DNA of 63,344 nt, filler included, from Choristocarpus tenellus KU-1152 (GCA_964200185.2; 12 parts of 12 records of this genome joined end to end with filler, not necessarily neighbours in it); one strand, 5' to 3'; numbered from the whole stretch's first letter, positions 38,050-51,176 are shown. The notes: generated by a model from the letters alone, not told the origin. Program-made: numbers and translations.

Positions 38050-40601
38050 GGGGGGAGGGAGGCCTGGGGGGGGGGCCAGTGGCGGGAAGGTTCAACAATG
38101 CAGCACGCAACCTCAAGTCAACTCCAGGCTCATCGGATGTGAAATTTGGCTTGGTGGACTGCACGGGGTCCCTGCCATCGGGCAAGAGCATCCTGCAAAA
38201 GTTTGACCTGGATGTGAGCTACAACGGGACGATGTTAGTCTCAATGGTTGCTATGGTGACAGAGTGGCTGTAGTGTGGTGAAATTCGAATAGAGAAGTCG
38301 TGATCTTGGATGTCCTCAAAGGATCTTCAAGTTTGTTTCTTTATTGATGCAATGAAACGAACTCACCTGCCCGGTGTTTCGAGTTGCTGCTACTGTTGCA
38401 AGAGTTCATGCAGCACGTTAGAGTGAGGAGTGTCCCATTTTGTTGGTAGCATTTTGTTAGGGTTGACTTTTTTTGTATGTTTTAAAGAAAGGGCGTGGAA
38501 GAGTACTGAAGTATCCACCTCGCGTACCAGACCCTTCATCTCTGTTGACTGAAATCCATCAAGTGAAGCAAACGCTCCTCTTTTAACGCAGGAGAGTGTG
38601 AAGCCTGTTCTGTTTGTGACTGGGGGGGGAATGAAGCCGGTGCAAGCCTCGTCACGCAACATGGAAACAAATACCAGTCTACTCAAATGGGTCCGGTTGA
38701 CAGCGGAGCCGCACGCTGCCCCAGTGACCTCCACGAGGGAGCTAGAGAGCAAATGTCTCAAGAAGGAAGCATGTGCTCTTATTCTCAAGGCTGGACCGCT
38801 CGAGGTGTGATTTCCCCTCCCTCTTCAATCCTTCATTCGCTCCTCCCATGCATCAAGTGGTGAAATTGTGCTAGTGGTACGGCACCCTTGTGCTGTGAGA
38901 GGTTGAGTACGTAAATGACGCCAGTAGGATGATTCACTATCGCTCGCGGTGAGTCTGCTTATTTCACCTCTTGCTATGATTTGTTTGGTCTTGTATCGTA
39001 TTTAACCAACAGTTTGTTGGTGCGCTACTGGGAAAGAGGTTCGATGTAAGACTGCTCGGGGCACTCGAAGATGTAATGGATTGTATGGCATGCGAATAGT
39101 ACCTGTGACATATAGTACCTGTGACATATCTTAGCACAGTATGTCACGGTAGACAGGGTATTGCTCATGTCGCGGTGGCGATGAAACTACTTAACACTGT
39201 AGCATCTGACCTTGTGCCAAGGGGCTAGATGATGGGGTGGAGTTAGCGGAGAAGTTCCAGACTAGAGGTGAGGAAACAGTGATAATATATAATTGGAGGC
39301 GATCTTTTCAGAACGAGCTGCTTGTTCAAATGTGGAAGACGGTTTAAGGTACAAAACAGCAGTGCCAAGTCAGACTAAGCCTGACTGGGTCAACTATTTA
39401 TCGGTGTGATCTAACCAATGACCAGAGAGTGAATTCAGACAATAAGCCTCCTTGACAAGGTTTTGGTGTGGGGTCTTGATTGTGATACTATGCCATGAAG
39501 TTCCATCGGGACATATTAACCTCATTTGCACGTTGTTGGCTGCAGGCTGAGCCTGCAAGATCAGAAATGCCACAGGAATATCCTTGCAGTTATGATGTGG
39601 AGCTGATGGTTATCACAGTGGTTGTAGATTGGTGATGAGTGATTGCTAGAGCGAGACTCCACCTGGCATGATAGGGAATAGCCCAGTCTCTTTCTGTGAC
39701 CCTCTGTGTTGGCAATCGTGGGGAATGGTACTCGCTACTTGACTGTTGTAAGTTCAGAACCTTACCACTGAGATTGGCCTACCTGTTTTTATTGAATGTA
39801 ATTTTTTTAGTACACATGATTTTTTTCTTTTTGCGGTACATGGTTGTCACAGACTTGATATTCTCATCACCTATCCGCTTGGCACATGCACACTCACAGT
39901 TAAGAAAGCACATGACTCATTGGGTTTAGAGGAAAGAGTTGCGCGATGTTTGACCAACCTGGGGAATATAAAAATGCCAACCCCCTCCCCCCTTGTTGAG
40001 TGAGCAGTGGCCCAGAACACTTGTGTTGTGATCATGTGAGGGTTGACTGCTCTCAGACAGTAGTCTCAGTGTATATGCTGGGGTTTGTTTATGATGAGAC
40101 TCATATTGTGCTATTGTCTACTTCTCACCACGTTCATTGTTTTGATTTTGATTTTGTTCAATTTGTACAGAAAGAAGCACCATAGCTACTTAATATCTCA
40201 CCATCACCCTCCCCCCCAAATATATATATACATATATATATGTGTGTGTGTGTGTGTGTTGTCCACAGGCTCTTTGACAGGCGTGCGCCTCTATGCTATG
40301 AACTGTGTAAGAGTGTGTATTTGTGTATTCATGCCTGGCGTACTTACTGGTGTCTCTCCGTATTGCTCTTTGTACCCCACCTGATCTATGCTGCCACGCG
40401 TTCACTGTGTTTTTGTATGGGAAGGATCGAGTTAAGGAGGCGTTCAAGGGGTTGATGCACAGTCACCGCAACATGAAGTTCGTGAGCGTGGACTCGACAA
40501 AACTGGAAGTATCTGTTGAGAAAAAGCTGGGGATCAAGCCCTTTCTAGGGGCCCACCAGCTCCTCAACTTCGTCCGATACAATGTTACTGACAAGCCCAA
40601 G
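38050..40601 (+). CDS. Thioredoxin-fold-like protein, internal exons ~38050-38213, 38592-38804, 40425-40601 (partial)
   Basis: Three in-phase coding-like exons with GT/AG ends. FNNAARNLK...VKFGLVDC and FKGLMHSHRNMKFVSVDS resemble redox-inactive thioredoxin/PDI folds; no CxxC is seen. Confidence 0.6.
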
Positions 40602-40799
40602 GTGGGTGGGAGTGATACGTCTGGGGAGTGGGGGCGGGGGGTGGCAGGCAGAGTGCTGGTGGGATGTGGGGGGGGGGGGGGGTAGGGCAGGATCTGTCAN
40701 NNNNNNNNNNNNNNNNNNNNNNNNNNNNNNNNNNNNNNNNNNNTTAATTAATTAANNNNNNNNNNNNNNNNNNNNNNNNNNNNNNNNNNNNNNNNNNNN

Positions 40800-40897
40800 T
40801 TCCTAAAAAACATGACAGCCAAAATTATATCAAAATCGCAACACTGGATTTTGGCCCCCAAATGGACGCGGCTCTACCCTCTAAGATACTTTGACTC
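40800..40897. mobile_element. MITE family A, partial at contig edge
   Basis: GGCCCCCAAATGGACGCGGCTCTACCCTCTAAGATACTTTGACTC terminus. Confidence 0.75.
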
Positions 40898-40917
40898 AGA
40901 TGGGGGACAAAGTCAAA

Positions 40918-42115
40918 TTAAAACATTTGGAAAAAACAAACACAAGAGAAGACAGTAACAGAGATAAACGTAGTTTCACCAAAATAAGAAACGATAAATC
41001 CTTCCAACCTTCCCACCCTTTCAGTAAGATCCTCTTGGTTCGAGGACGGAGGAGTCGTTGTCGATACCATATTTGCGTTCATGTCCCCTCTTCTTGGAAG
41101 TTTTCTGGTTTTCTCTCTTGCCCGGACAGTCAGGGGACATTCGTCATAGTCATGCCCTAACCCTGTGCACCTTGGGCATCTTCCATCATTATCTTCATCC
41201 TTCCCCAATCTTGCAGAGGCACCTGCGTGTCGTCCCCTGTCCAGGTCGGGGCAGTCGTTTTTCGTGTGGCCATCTTTGCCACACATGTAACAGACTATGC
41301 GCCCCTTCCCGTGCCCCTTTCTGCCTGTGGAACTCTTTCCCGCACTAGCAACCAAAGCATGGCCACTACGAGTGGACTTACCCATGTTCATCGCCTGCAG
41401 GTCTTTGCATCTCGCCACCACCATATCTTCAACATCCTTCACAGTCTTGGTTTACCCATAATCCTCGAAGCTCTTGACTTGGGAGTAGTTCTCCCCCAGC
41501 TTGTTGAGGATGGTCGCCACCTTTGTTTCATCTGCGATGACCTCTCCCATTGACTCCAGTCTCGTGGTCAATCTTGATAGCTCTGTGAGCCCTGAAGACG
41601 GGCCCTTCCTATCATCAATGGTTAGACGATCCAGCTCCTGATATATACGCCTGGCCTCCTGGCGGGTCTTTGGCATGAACGCCGCATCAAGGGCGCGCCA
41701 CCCTGCGCTCAGAGACCCAGGGGCGATAAATACATGCAAGGCTCGGTCTTGTAGCATAAGCAGAATCAGCTGCCACGCCTTCCTTGCCCGCTTGGTTGCC
41801 AGTTGAAGGTCCGTGTTGCTGCCCATCAGGAACAGGTATTGTTGGAGGTCGCTCCACGTCGTCATCTTCGTCTCTCTGGGAATTTGATGATTCTGCATCC
41901 ACTGCCCAGATGGGCCCCCCGCAGATAATGTCGGGCCCACGAAGAGCTGTTACACAATCATGAACACCGAGCGTGGCCTGAGCCCTCACAGCAAAGGAGT
42001 AAAAGTCTTCACCCAGCTTTCTGGCAAACGTTGGCAGTGATGTGATCTTGGTGGGGTTGCTGGCATATATCTTGTAAACAATTACTTGCTCACTACTAGC
42101 CTCGTCGGTCAGCAC
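40918..42115 (-). mobile_element. Ty1/Copia gag pseudogene (UBN2-type capsid region plus two CCHC zinc knuckles)
   Basis: AWQLILLML...WRALDAAF...LTTRLESMGEVIADETKVATILNKLGENY, then CYMCGKDGHTKNDC and CPRCTGLGHDYDEC. One frameshift near 41940 and one in-frame TAA at 41452-41454. It lies directly downstream of an LTR. Confidence 0.85.
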
Positions 42116-42149
42116 AACGTCCCAGGAACAATCGGTCCGCTACGTAGTG

Positions 42150-42526
42150 TGTTGAAGTATCCCACACTAGACCCGCGGCTTTGGTACTTCAATGAAGGAC
42201 AATGAACAGTTTAATCCGACGAGTAAAGTTAATGTTACAAGAGGGCTTATGGTCTCAATTCCTCTGACTGATTATGTGGGTAAGACTACAGCCTAGACTA
42301 CCATTATTATTTCTATAGTGTGGGGTTTGTAATTGTCTACACTAATTTACTATGAATCATTTATTTACTTGTCATAAGCATATAGGAAGTGTATCTCGAA
42401 CATGATATAAAACCCAATCAATACTATGAGTCAGTACATACTATATATCTGTCACTGGCTCTCCATCCTAATAATATATTATCCATCGGTGGTGTCTACG
42501 TGTATCAGCAGCATTATCTACGAACA
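42150..42526 (-). mobile_element. 5' LTR (~377 bp) of the Copia element
   Basis: The minus strand reads TGTTCGTAGAT...TACTTCAACA (TG..CA ends), immediately upstream of gag. It is homologous along its length to 51245-51635. Confidence 0.78.
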
Positions 42527-43194
42527 CGACATATCATCCTCTCAGGACCTGCCTTGATACGCAAAACATTTTCCCTTTCTCCTTTTGTTGGTTTCCCCTG
42601 TCCCATTTGCAACGTGCCAACCCGATGCAGACATCACGTGATCAAAGGAGAGGCTTCGTCCAACCACCAAACGCCGCCATACCTCCAAAGGGAACAAGGA
42701 GGTGAGTCCCCCTACCAGAAACATGCGCCCTTTGTGCAGCTCCCTCCCGCACAATACTGTGCGAAGTGGTAGCGATTGAGACCCCATCGTGTTATGTAGA
42801 AACGTTTTCAGGTCTACGACCATACCAATTTCGACAACTACTTTCGACCACCACAGCCGTGTTTACCACCTGTATAAATATCTTTCGTAAGCCCCAGATA
42901 CAATTCGGAGCGAAAACAATTTCGGGTCAAATTAAAAGTAAACCCTATGCACGCCTGTTTATCTATCCCGTCGTATATAGTACGGATCTGTTGACACTGG
43001 AGACAATTTGTTTGGTGTACACTAACAGGCCTCCATGTCATGGCGGTTTGAAATCCAGGGAGCAAATGCTCACGTTAGGCCGAGATTGGCGACATGTGCG
43101 GTGTTGAAGAGTTTCCAATGTATCCATCCCTCGTTGTAATTTTCTCCGTCGTGAGCACAACCACACGTCTCTACACATGTTCATGGGTTCATTT

Positions 43195-43942
43195 GCATTC
43201 GGAGCTTGTACCAAGCAGCTGTCTCTAGTGGTATCACCAACATTTTCAAATTCGATGCCCCTGCATTTCTTACTATTTGAACAGTGCACACACCAACTGT
43301 CAGCCGTGGTACCACCAAAATTTTCAAATTCGATGCCCTGTATTTATCACCATTAGAACCGTGTACACACCAGCTTTCAGCCGTGGTATCACCAAAATTT
43401 CAAATTCGATCCATCTTTATTTCTTACCATTAGAACCGTGCACACACGAGCTGTCAATAGTGGTATCACCAACATTTTCAAACGAGATGCCCCCGAATTT
43501 CTTACCATTAGAACCGTGTACACCCCCCCAGCTGTCTCTAGTGGCATCACCAACATTTTCACGTTCGATTCCCTGTATTTATCACCATTAGAACCGTGTA
43601 CACACGAGCTGTCAATAGTGGTATCATCAACATTTTCAAATTAGATGCCCCTGTATTTCTTACCATTAGAACCGTGTACACACGAGCTGTCAATAGTGGT
43701 ATCACCAACATTTTCAAAGGAGACGCCCCCGTATTTATCACCATTTGAACCGTGTACACACCAGCTGTCAGCCGTGGTATCACCAACATTTTCAAATTCG
43801 ATGCCTTCTATTTATCGTCATTAGAACCTACACACCAGCCGTCAGTCGTGGTATCACCAACATTTTCAAAATCGATCCCCCTGTATTTCTTACCATTACA
43901 ACCGTGCACACACAAGCTGTCAATAGTGGTATTACCAAAATC
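43195..43942. repeat. Minisatellite, ~78-bp unit, about 9.5 copies
   Basis: Unit CCATTAGAACCGTGTACACACGAGCTGTCAATAGTGGTATCACCAACATTTTCAAATTCGATGCCCCTGTATTTCTTA recurs at ~78-nt spacing. Confidence 0.92.
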
Positions 43943-44598
43943 ACTAGTCATGCATCTATAATTTGTTTGATTGAAACCGTTCAAAAACTGTCTTATGCCC
44001 ACCCCAGTCGCTGACAATGTAAGCCCTGAAGGCAACACCCATGATCCTAACTCTAACCCTAACCAATATTAATTACCTACATCTCGAACACTCAACCCAA
44101 TCCGCAAAGAGACAGATTTCACCTTACACCTAACATGTTGACGTAGTTGCAATGCAGCCGCTATCGTCAGAATTAATTCCAGCGAATTCAACCAAACCTT
44201 TTCCCGAAATTGGGACATGGGTTGCAGTGACATATGTTGAGAGGAATCAGACAACTGAAATGAAATAGAACAAAGATTACACGATCCAATTCCACGCACC
44301 ACAATATCCGTCTGTCGAATGTTACAGGTGGCACCATCGATACGCACACATGTTAGGGCTCCGATACGATTGGAATTTTTCCGATAAGGTTTGTATCGCG
44401 TCGCAACACGATCTCGATTTAACTCGCGCGGTGGTATCAATACGCGCGCGTAGCTTGGTCCAAAAAACCGCGGTAACCTCACTTTAGAAATTGATGGCTT
44501 CTACCAACCGACAGAACATACCAAATTCTACTTCGAAATATGTTCCAAAATTGCCATACTCGCTTCAAACTGGTGTATTCATCATGCTCACTTTTGTG

Positions 44599-45031
44599 GT
44601 TCCACATTATGTTTTCCTGCTTAAGGTTCTTGTTCCAAATCGGTACACACCACCCTCAATCATCTTGCCGTGCTTTGGAAATTGATAGCCTTTACCGTTC
44701 GAAACAACACATCAAATTTCTTCATTACTGTATGCCCTATGTCAAACACAAACCTGTGCATGGTAGCCCTCCCAACATCTAACCCGGGGTGGCGTGTAGA
44801 TCCTTTTCATCTTCATCTTTCATTTTCGCGGTTCCACAGTATGTTTTCCTGGTTAGGGTTCTTGTTCCAAATCGGTACACACCACCCCCAACCATCTTGC
44901 CGTGCTTTGGAAATTGATCGCTATTACTGCCCGACATAACACATCAACTTTCTTCATTACTGGCTGCCCTATGTCAAACACAGACCTGTGCATGGTTGCC
45001 CTCCCGACATCTAACCTGGATTGGCGCGTAA
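44599..45031. repeat. Tandem duplication, ~232-bp period, 2 copies
   Basis: GTTCCACA..ATGTTTTCCTG...CAAATCGGTACACACCACC...CCCTATGTCAAACACA...CATCTAACC at ~44599 and ~44831. Confidence 0.85.
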
Positions 45032-45076
45032 ATATTTTTCGTCTGCGTACGATATTGGTGCATTCTCATATACAAT

Positions 45077-45254
45077 GACCCAAAGTATCTGGGGGGGGGG
45101 AGGGGGTTCTACACCAGGGTGTCCATTTAGACCAAAATTAGGAAAAGTGTATTTACATTATCCATCCAATGTATGCAACCAAATCACCCAAAAATCGCGA
45201 CTAAAAAATTGACGCCAAACGGACAGCTGCCACCCCCCCAAGATATTTTGAACC
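45077..45254. mobile_element. MITE family B copy (~180 bp), TSD AAT
   Basis: TIRs GACCCAAAGTATCTGGGGGG / CCCAAGATATTTTGAACC, with AAT on both flanks. Confidence 0.8.
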
Positions 45255-45354
45255 AATATCCCTTCCATATTGGCAGAGATTACCGTTCGCTGCATGTTTG
45301 CAAATAGCAGTCTCCACGGAAAGCGCTACGCCATCCATTACCATTCCACTATCC

Positions 45355-46720
45355 ATGCGCTCCTTCATGATGGTTCTCGACTACTCCAAGGCACGTCCGG
45401 AACAAACGACCCCTGGCCGACCCCCAGCCGACCCCGACCAAGGAAAGAAGAAGAGAATGCGAGGAACGGGGAAGAAGAATAGACCAGCAGACGGCAATCC
45501 AGACCCTGTGTCTGCCGCCCAGGTCGAGGAAGAATAGGCATCGCAACCGTGGAAAATCAAAAGGGTATTCTTGCGGAGGATGTACACCAAGAATGTCCTC
45601 ATCAAAAAGGATGTCCTGGAGGTCGCCGTGCTGATCATGAACGACCTCAAAAGGAAAGACGAGCTCAGGATCGACCCCGATGCCAATGAGTCCTCCGTCG
45701 GGTCTTCAGAAGGCCTGCTCCAAGGAAACAATACATCCTGAGCGAAGAGGTACTCAAAAGGGAGTGTCAGATTCATCCACTCATCTGTCCACCGTATTTG
45801 AGTTCGTAACAGGTCAACTCACAATAAATGCCCTGATCGTGCACATTAATTTAACCCCATAAAATCCACAGGTGAAAAGGGACCTCGAGTTGCGGGAGGA
45901 TGTGAAGGAGGGTACAGTCTACCTGGAAATCGTCAAATACTCAGAGGGTGTTACCTTGAACACCAGTGGCGAACACAAAGGCAAACAATTACATCATTGT
46001 ACAACATCGCCATACGTGAACATCAAACATTGTTCCCTACACCAAACACAACGCCTCGACTCTCAGAGATCTTACCGACTTTGGACAGTTTCACAATGTA
46101 CACTGACGTAAGGTTCTCGAGTTTTATATATTGAGAAGATGCTCGTCAAACATATTTTTTCATATTTTCGCTGTGTTGTGTCGATCGGTACAACACAGCG
46201 CAGTTTGGGAAATTATGTCACGGTTCATGTCCTATAGTCCTACACGCATCTTCTTAACCCAATGTTAAAAGCCTTACTTGTCTTCCTGATTTATGGGCCT
46301 AAAGAATCCGCCCAAGTACGACAAACCGCACGTACTCCTTTCCTTCCATCTTTTCCTCAGCCTTTGCCTCCTATATATCCTCCTTCACTTACTCCTTTTC
46401 ACCAACCTCTGCCTCATCCCTTGCCTCCTAATCCTAACCCCTCTTCCCATTGTTTTGCCTCCCACTTCGCCTCGTCCTTTGCCTCGTCCTTTGCTTACTC
46501 CTCCACCATTACAGAGATAACACGAGTCACAAACATTGTGATCACACCTGAGAAAAACACCACGTCCGAGCACGACCTTGGCAAGTTCAACTCCGAAACA
46601 AGCGCCGCCCACGAGAGAGCAGTCGCCCTTCTCCAGACCCGACCAGGAGGCATTGTAATCACATGCACCGCCCTCGGGGACAACCACGATCCGGATCGTA
46701 TCCAACTCCTCATGGACTAA
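45355..46720 (+). pseudogene. Decayed intron-containing gene of unknown function (candidate exons ~45355-45811, 45872-45911, 46067-46107, 46515-46720)
   Basis: Coding-like GC/CpG-rich segments (KRVFLRRMYTKNVLIKKDVLEVAVLIMNDLKRKDEL; EITRVTNIVITPE...IQLLMD*) with CAG/GT boundaries, broken by TAG at 45535 and apparent frameshifts. No family recognised. Confidence 0.35.
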
Positions 46721-49700
46721 CTCTCCACCTTCTGCAATTTTGCGCTGGCGAAGTGTTAATAATATGCTTTTTATTCATGTGTAAAATATGATTCTGTGGG
46801 AGAAACATTGAGTTGTTGAACTATTGTTNNNNNNNNNNNNNNNNNNNNNNNNNNNNNNNNNNNNNNNNNNNNTTAATTAATTAANNNNNNNNNNNNNNNN
46901 NNNNNNNNNNNNNNNNNNNNNNNNNNNNTGAATGAATACAACTGTGTCCTACTCAAGGAGTCAATCCATGTACGTGATAGTCATGTTGGATACCTTGTGG
47001 TCTTCTAGTGTTGTTTTGTTTCTCCAGAGTTAAGACAGTTGGCAGTTGTCAAGGTTTATCCCCTGCCTCATTGGAAGTGCTATTGATGAAGAGTCTTGTG
47101 TGTGGCCATGAAGTATGTGCGGTTCAGAATAAGTGTGTAGTTCATTGTTGAACAACTCTGTAGTGCCATATGTGCTTTCACATTTTTTTTTCACAATAGT
47201 ATCATGTGTTTTGTTGGATAAATTTGCTACGTTCAACATATCATGCTTACCTTCCTGCTCCTTGGGAACTCAAGGGCACCTCATACCTGTGTCATATTTT
47301 CATTCTTGACTTTTGTATTCCAATGTTTTTAGAGGAAAGCAAAAACGATGTTCCCCAGTTCTACACACAAAACGACACTGTAGTTCATCAAAAGCTCTTT
47401 CCTTCTGTAATTTACAAAATCGTATATTTTGCCTTTGTCGAGATCCTCATAAAATGCAACCCTTTACTTACCTCTCGTTTGGCTAGGAAAAATAATGGTT
47501 CATTGTGAGTTGGAATTCTAGGTAAGGTATTCGCCTTGGATGACAATTGAAAGGTTCAGAGGTTGTTTTGCCCACGGACAGGTTGCAGAGGTTGTCACAG
47601 AGGAAGAAGGAGAAACTATGTAGAACTTTAACCAATGATATTGTTGAAATAAAGATAGACATTGAGGAAAAAAGGAAAGAACAAAGAAACAGCAATAATA
47701 ATAATAATAATAATGGCAATAACAACAGTAAATATAATAATAATGATGATAGAGCCTGCAAATAAGTGACCAGGTGAATAACAGAACAAATACAACAATA
47801 AACAATGCAAGAGTTGGAGTGCGTTTGAAAACAGAAAAAAACTACTAGAAAATGGTATTAACAGTATTGAGGTAGTAGTTGTTGAAAGTACTAGAAGACT
47901 GACACTATGAAACGCTGTTGAGATAAAATAGCGATAGAAGAATCCCATGAATCAGTCGAGCCCCTCCACAGTGTCTCCAGTTTAATATATTTGACATGTC
48001 TGGAGATTACATACACTACCAATTTGTAGTATTAATGATCAATAGTGGATCTCACAATACACAGCACTTGGGAAAGGTTAAAGTTAATGACCTGCTAAAC
48101 ACTTGTAACCCTCGCCTCAAACTTTTTTGGTGGACCAGACAGACTAGAGAGGTCCCTTATCCTAACCCTAACCCTAGCCCTTATCCTAACCCTGGAAAGG
48201 TTCTCCATTACTCTGTCTAATTCATAAAAAACATTGTCCCAGAAGTTTAAAGCGAAGTCGGATGTGGGTTCTCTATATACCAGATTCCCACAACATCCTA
48301 CTTAACACCACCACCATATTATAAGTGGAACGTCTCCAATCCACGTATCTATACATTTGGAAAAAAAAAAGATGTACCGAGAAGGGGCAACAAAAAAAAA
48401 GGACACTTTTGTGCAATTACAGAAACAGTCCTTTCTGATTTGTGGCTCATTTTTCTGTCTGGAAAGGGGAATATCAATTTTGCGTGCACTACTTTACACA
48501 TAAAGCAATTGAAACAAGGTGTAATGCACAAGATGGTTTAGAAAGCGAAAGGGTCCAAACCTGCCTACCTCTCAATTTCTTTGGCTCTATGCGGACACCA
48601 TCTCGCGTGGTATACGTGCCAATCAATTTTGTTGTTTCTAGGGCAGAGGATTGGGAGTGTAGTGTTAGCTCATTCTCTCTTTCTTCCACCTTACTTTGGG
48701 AGTCCCGACATTTCTGGCTCTGATCAAGGAATAATACCTCTGAGTACTTGTTCCGAGAGTGCATTTGCTTCATGTTATTAATTACCTCTACTACCCTCGG
48801 TAGCAACTTCACTTAAGATCAGTGTCTCCCCTCCTCACACATTACGTGAACAACTGATTTGTGTGTCTCGTGTGGGATTTCCAGACTGTCATTCAGTGGC
48901 CATCACCAAAATCCATACATGCCCTTTACCACTACGCAATATTGTCTGGTTCATCGCCAACATTGCTTCAACAAATACATTAGACAAGACCCCAATTTAC
49001 AGATTCCATAGCACATATATATACATACTCGGTTCAACCATAATTTCAACTCCCTTCTTCATCAAATTTCATCAACCGTAAACCATCCCATTTAATAGAC
49101 AAGTTCAATATGGAGGTATGTTGAACAAAAAATTTTCGTTCACAGTTGCGGCATCACATTGCTGATAACGGAACAAATCCTACCTCACCCCCCCTCATCA
49201 TATACGCTGCTTCCTTCCATGACAAGGGAGGGCCACCCCACCTATTTGTTATTATCTAATACCGGTATATTACCAGGGGATTGAAGCTACGTCATTAAAA
49301 TAGAGGAATATTTGTTCGAAATCCTTTTGTTTTTTCAGTACATCAGGAAAACGCTCTCTCCCATTTAGAACCCACCGATTTCTATTTCGTTTAAAATCTT
49401 AGTAACCTCTATTGTTTTGTTGCTTTTAAAACCCCAACTGTTGTTGGAGTATATGACAGACCTATACCGTAATATAATGCAGTAGTGGTGTTAGTTGCAT
49501 TACATAGTATCCATTTGTTTTCTTTTTTCAAACAACCTCCTTTACAAAATATCAATACATACAACAATATATTTAACAACCCCACAATGGCAATATAGTT
49601 CAAAACAGAAACCAACAGAACAGTAGTGCACCAGAAAATAACAAAACAAGAATTCTCACCAAAACATCCAATCTGAGTATTATACTCGAAACCACTCCAA

Positions 49701-50884
49701 GACTCACATCTCACGAAATTAGAACCACGTAGTTGGAGTAGTATTTTATTTGTTTGACATTACATAGTGTCACAATTATTATTTTAAGAATCAATAAAAA
49801 AACTATCTTTTTTAAAGGCCACTAAATCTGACACTTCTAAGTATTAATAATTATGGTACGTCTAGAAAGTGTGAGTACAGTTCCGTTTGCTTGCAATCAC
49901 TGACCTTGTGGATCATTCATGGCAGTTGATATGTTGCTGGCAACGTCAACATCCTGTGTGTGGCACTACATATTGGGGGAATTGGCCCCATCTCCTTAAC
50001 ATTATCCCCTTCAGGATGCTCAGTTGATGTAGTGTGGTTGGCAACCCTGGCCTAAAAAGTTCTACTCAGCAGTAACTTTTACAGCAACTCAAACACAACA
50101 TGCACCTGCACACAGAAACCCTTGGAAGACACAAGAAACCTCAGTACAATTCTCATGCACCCATCAACAAGTAGTATTTCCCAGTAGATGCGCACTCAGC
50201 ATCTTCCAAGTACTTACCTATCCTCAAATAAACCACAGCGTAAGATGGGCAGACATGATGCAATAGATTCCTGCGGAATACAATTTTTTGACTGGCATCT
50301 GCGATGGCACTGCTCCTTCTTTATGTATCATTGCTCTTAGTATATACCTCCTTCAGATTCCACTGCAAATTGAGTAAGAAATAAAATGTTGTATGTATCA
50401 TTAGAAGGATCGATCTATGTCCCCCAACCATGCTCATCGCCACGATTGCCTGCACTATTACCACTAAATTTCATTGTGTTTCAACCACTAGTGAAGCTCG
50501 ATTCAGTCGCTATAGCTACTGGACCTACTTATTTTTAAACGAGGGGAAAGAAGAAAGACTTGTGACCTCAATTGAGTGCACAAAATTGAGTTTTCAACAG
50601 AGATCAAGGACGGCAGAAGACTTGAGTACAAACACTTGCGCATGGGGAAACGACACCAGCTTTTGCTGCCTCCTATGCGAACGTGACTTGTGCTCTATAG
50701 TTCAAAAGGTGGACATGGAGAAGTTCTAAAAAAACTTGTACTCTTGTCCTTCGTAAGAATCCAAGAAAAAACGGACACAATATAGAGGAGTCTCCTGTAG
50801 TTTTTCGAGCACTCCAAAGGAGTAAGAACAAAGATCTCCCCATCTACTCATTACCAACTTGTCTTATTGACCCTAACAGCAATA

Positions 50885-51065
50885 GGCTCAAAGTATCTCG
50901 GAGGGGGTGGCGGCTGTCCATTTGGGGTCATTTTTTTCATATCACGATTTTTGGGTGATTCAGCTGCCATACGTCCGATGGATAATATGAATGCACCTTT
51001 CCCGATTTTGGTTCAAATGGACAACCTTGTGTAGATCCCCCCCACCCCCCCAGATACTTTGGGTC
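50885..51065. mobile_element. MITE family B copy (reverse orientation)
   Basis: TIRs GGCTCAAAGTATCT / AGATACTTTGGGTC; internal homology to 52949-53130. Confidence 0.78.
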
Positions 51066-51176
51066 CTGTGCATGTANNNNNNNNNNNNNNNNNNNNNNNN
51101 NNNNNNNNNNNNNNNNNNNNTTAATTAATTAANNNNNNNNNNNNNNNNNNNNNNNNNNNNNNNNNNNNNNNNNNNN

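Noticed and set aside
43195-43942. CRISPR-like repeat/spacer array
   Set aside because: The variable parts are short recurring alleles of one unit, not unique spacers. There are no cas genes and the context is eukaryotic.
47483-47948. Hydrophobic or poly-Asn ORFs
   Set aside because: An (AAT)n microsatellite region with no domain evidence or supported splice model.
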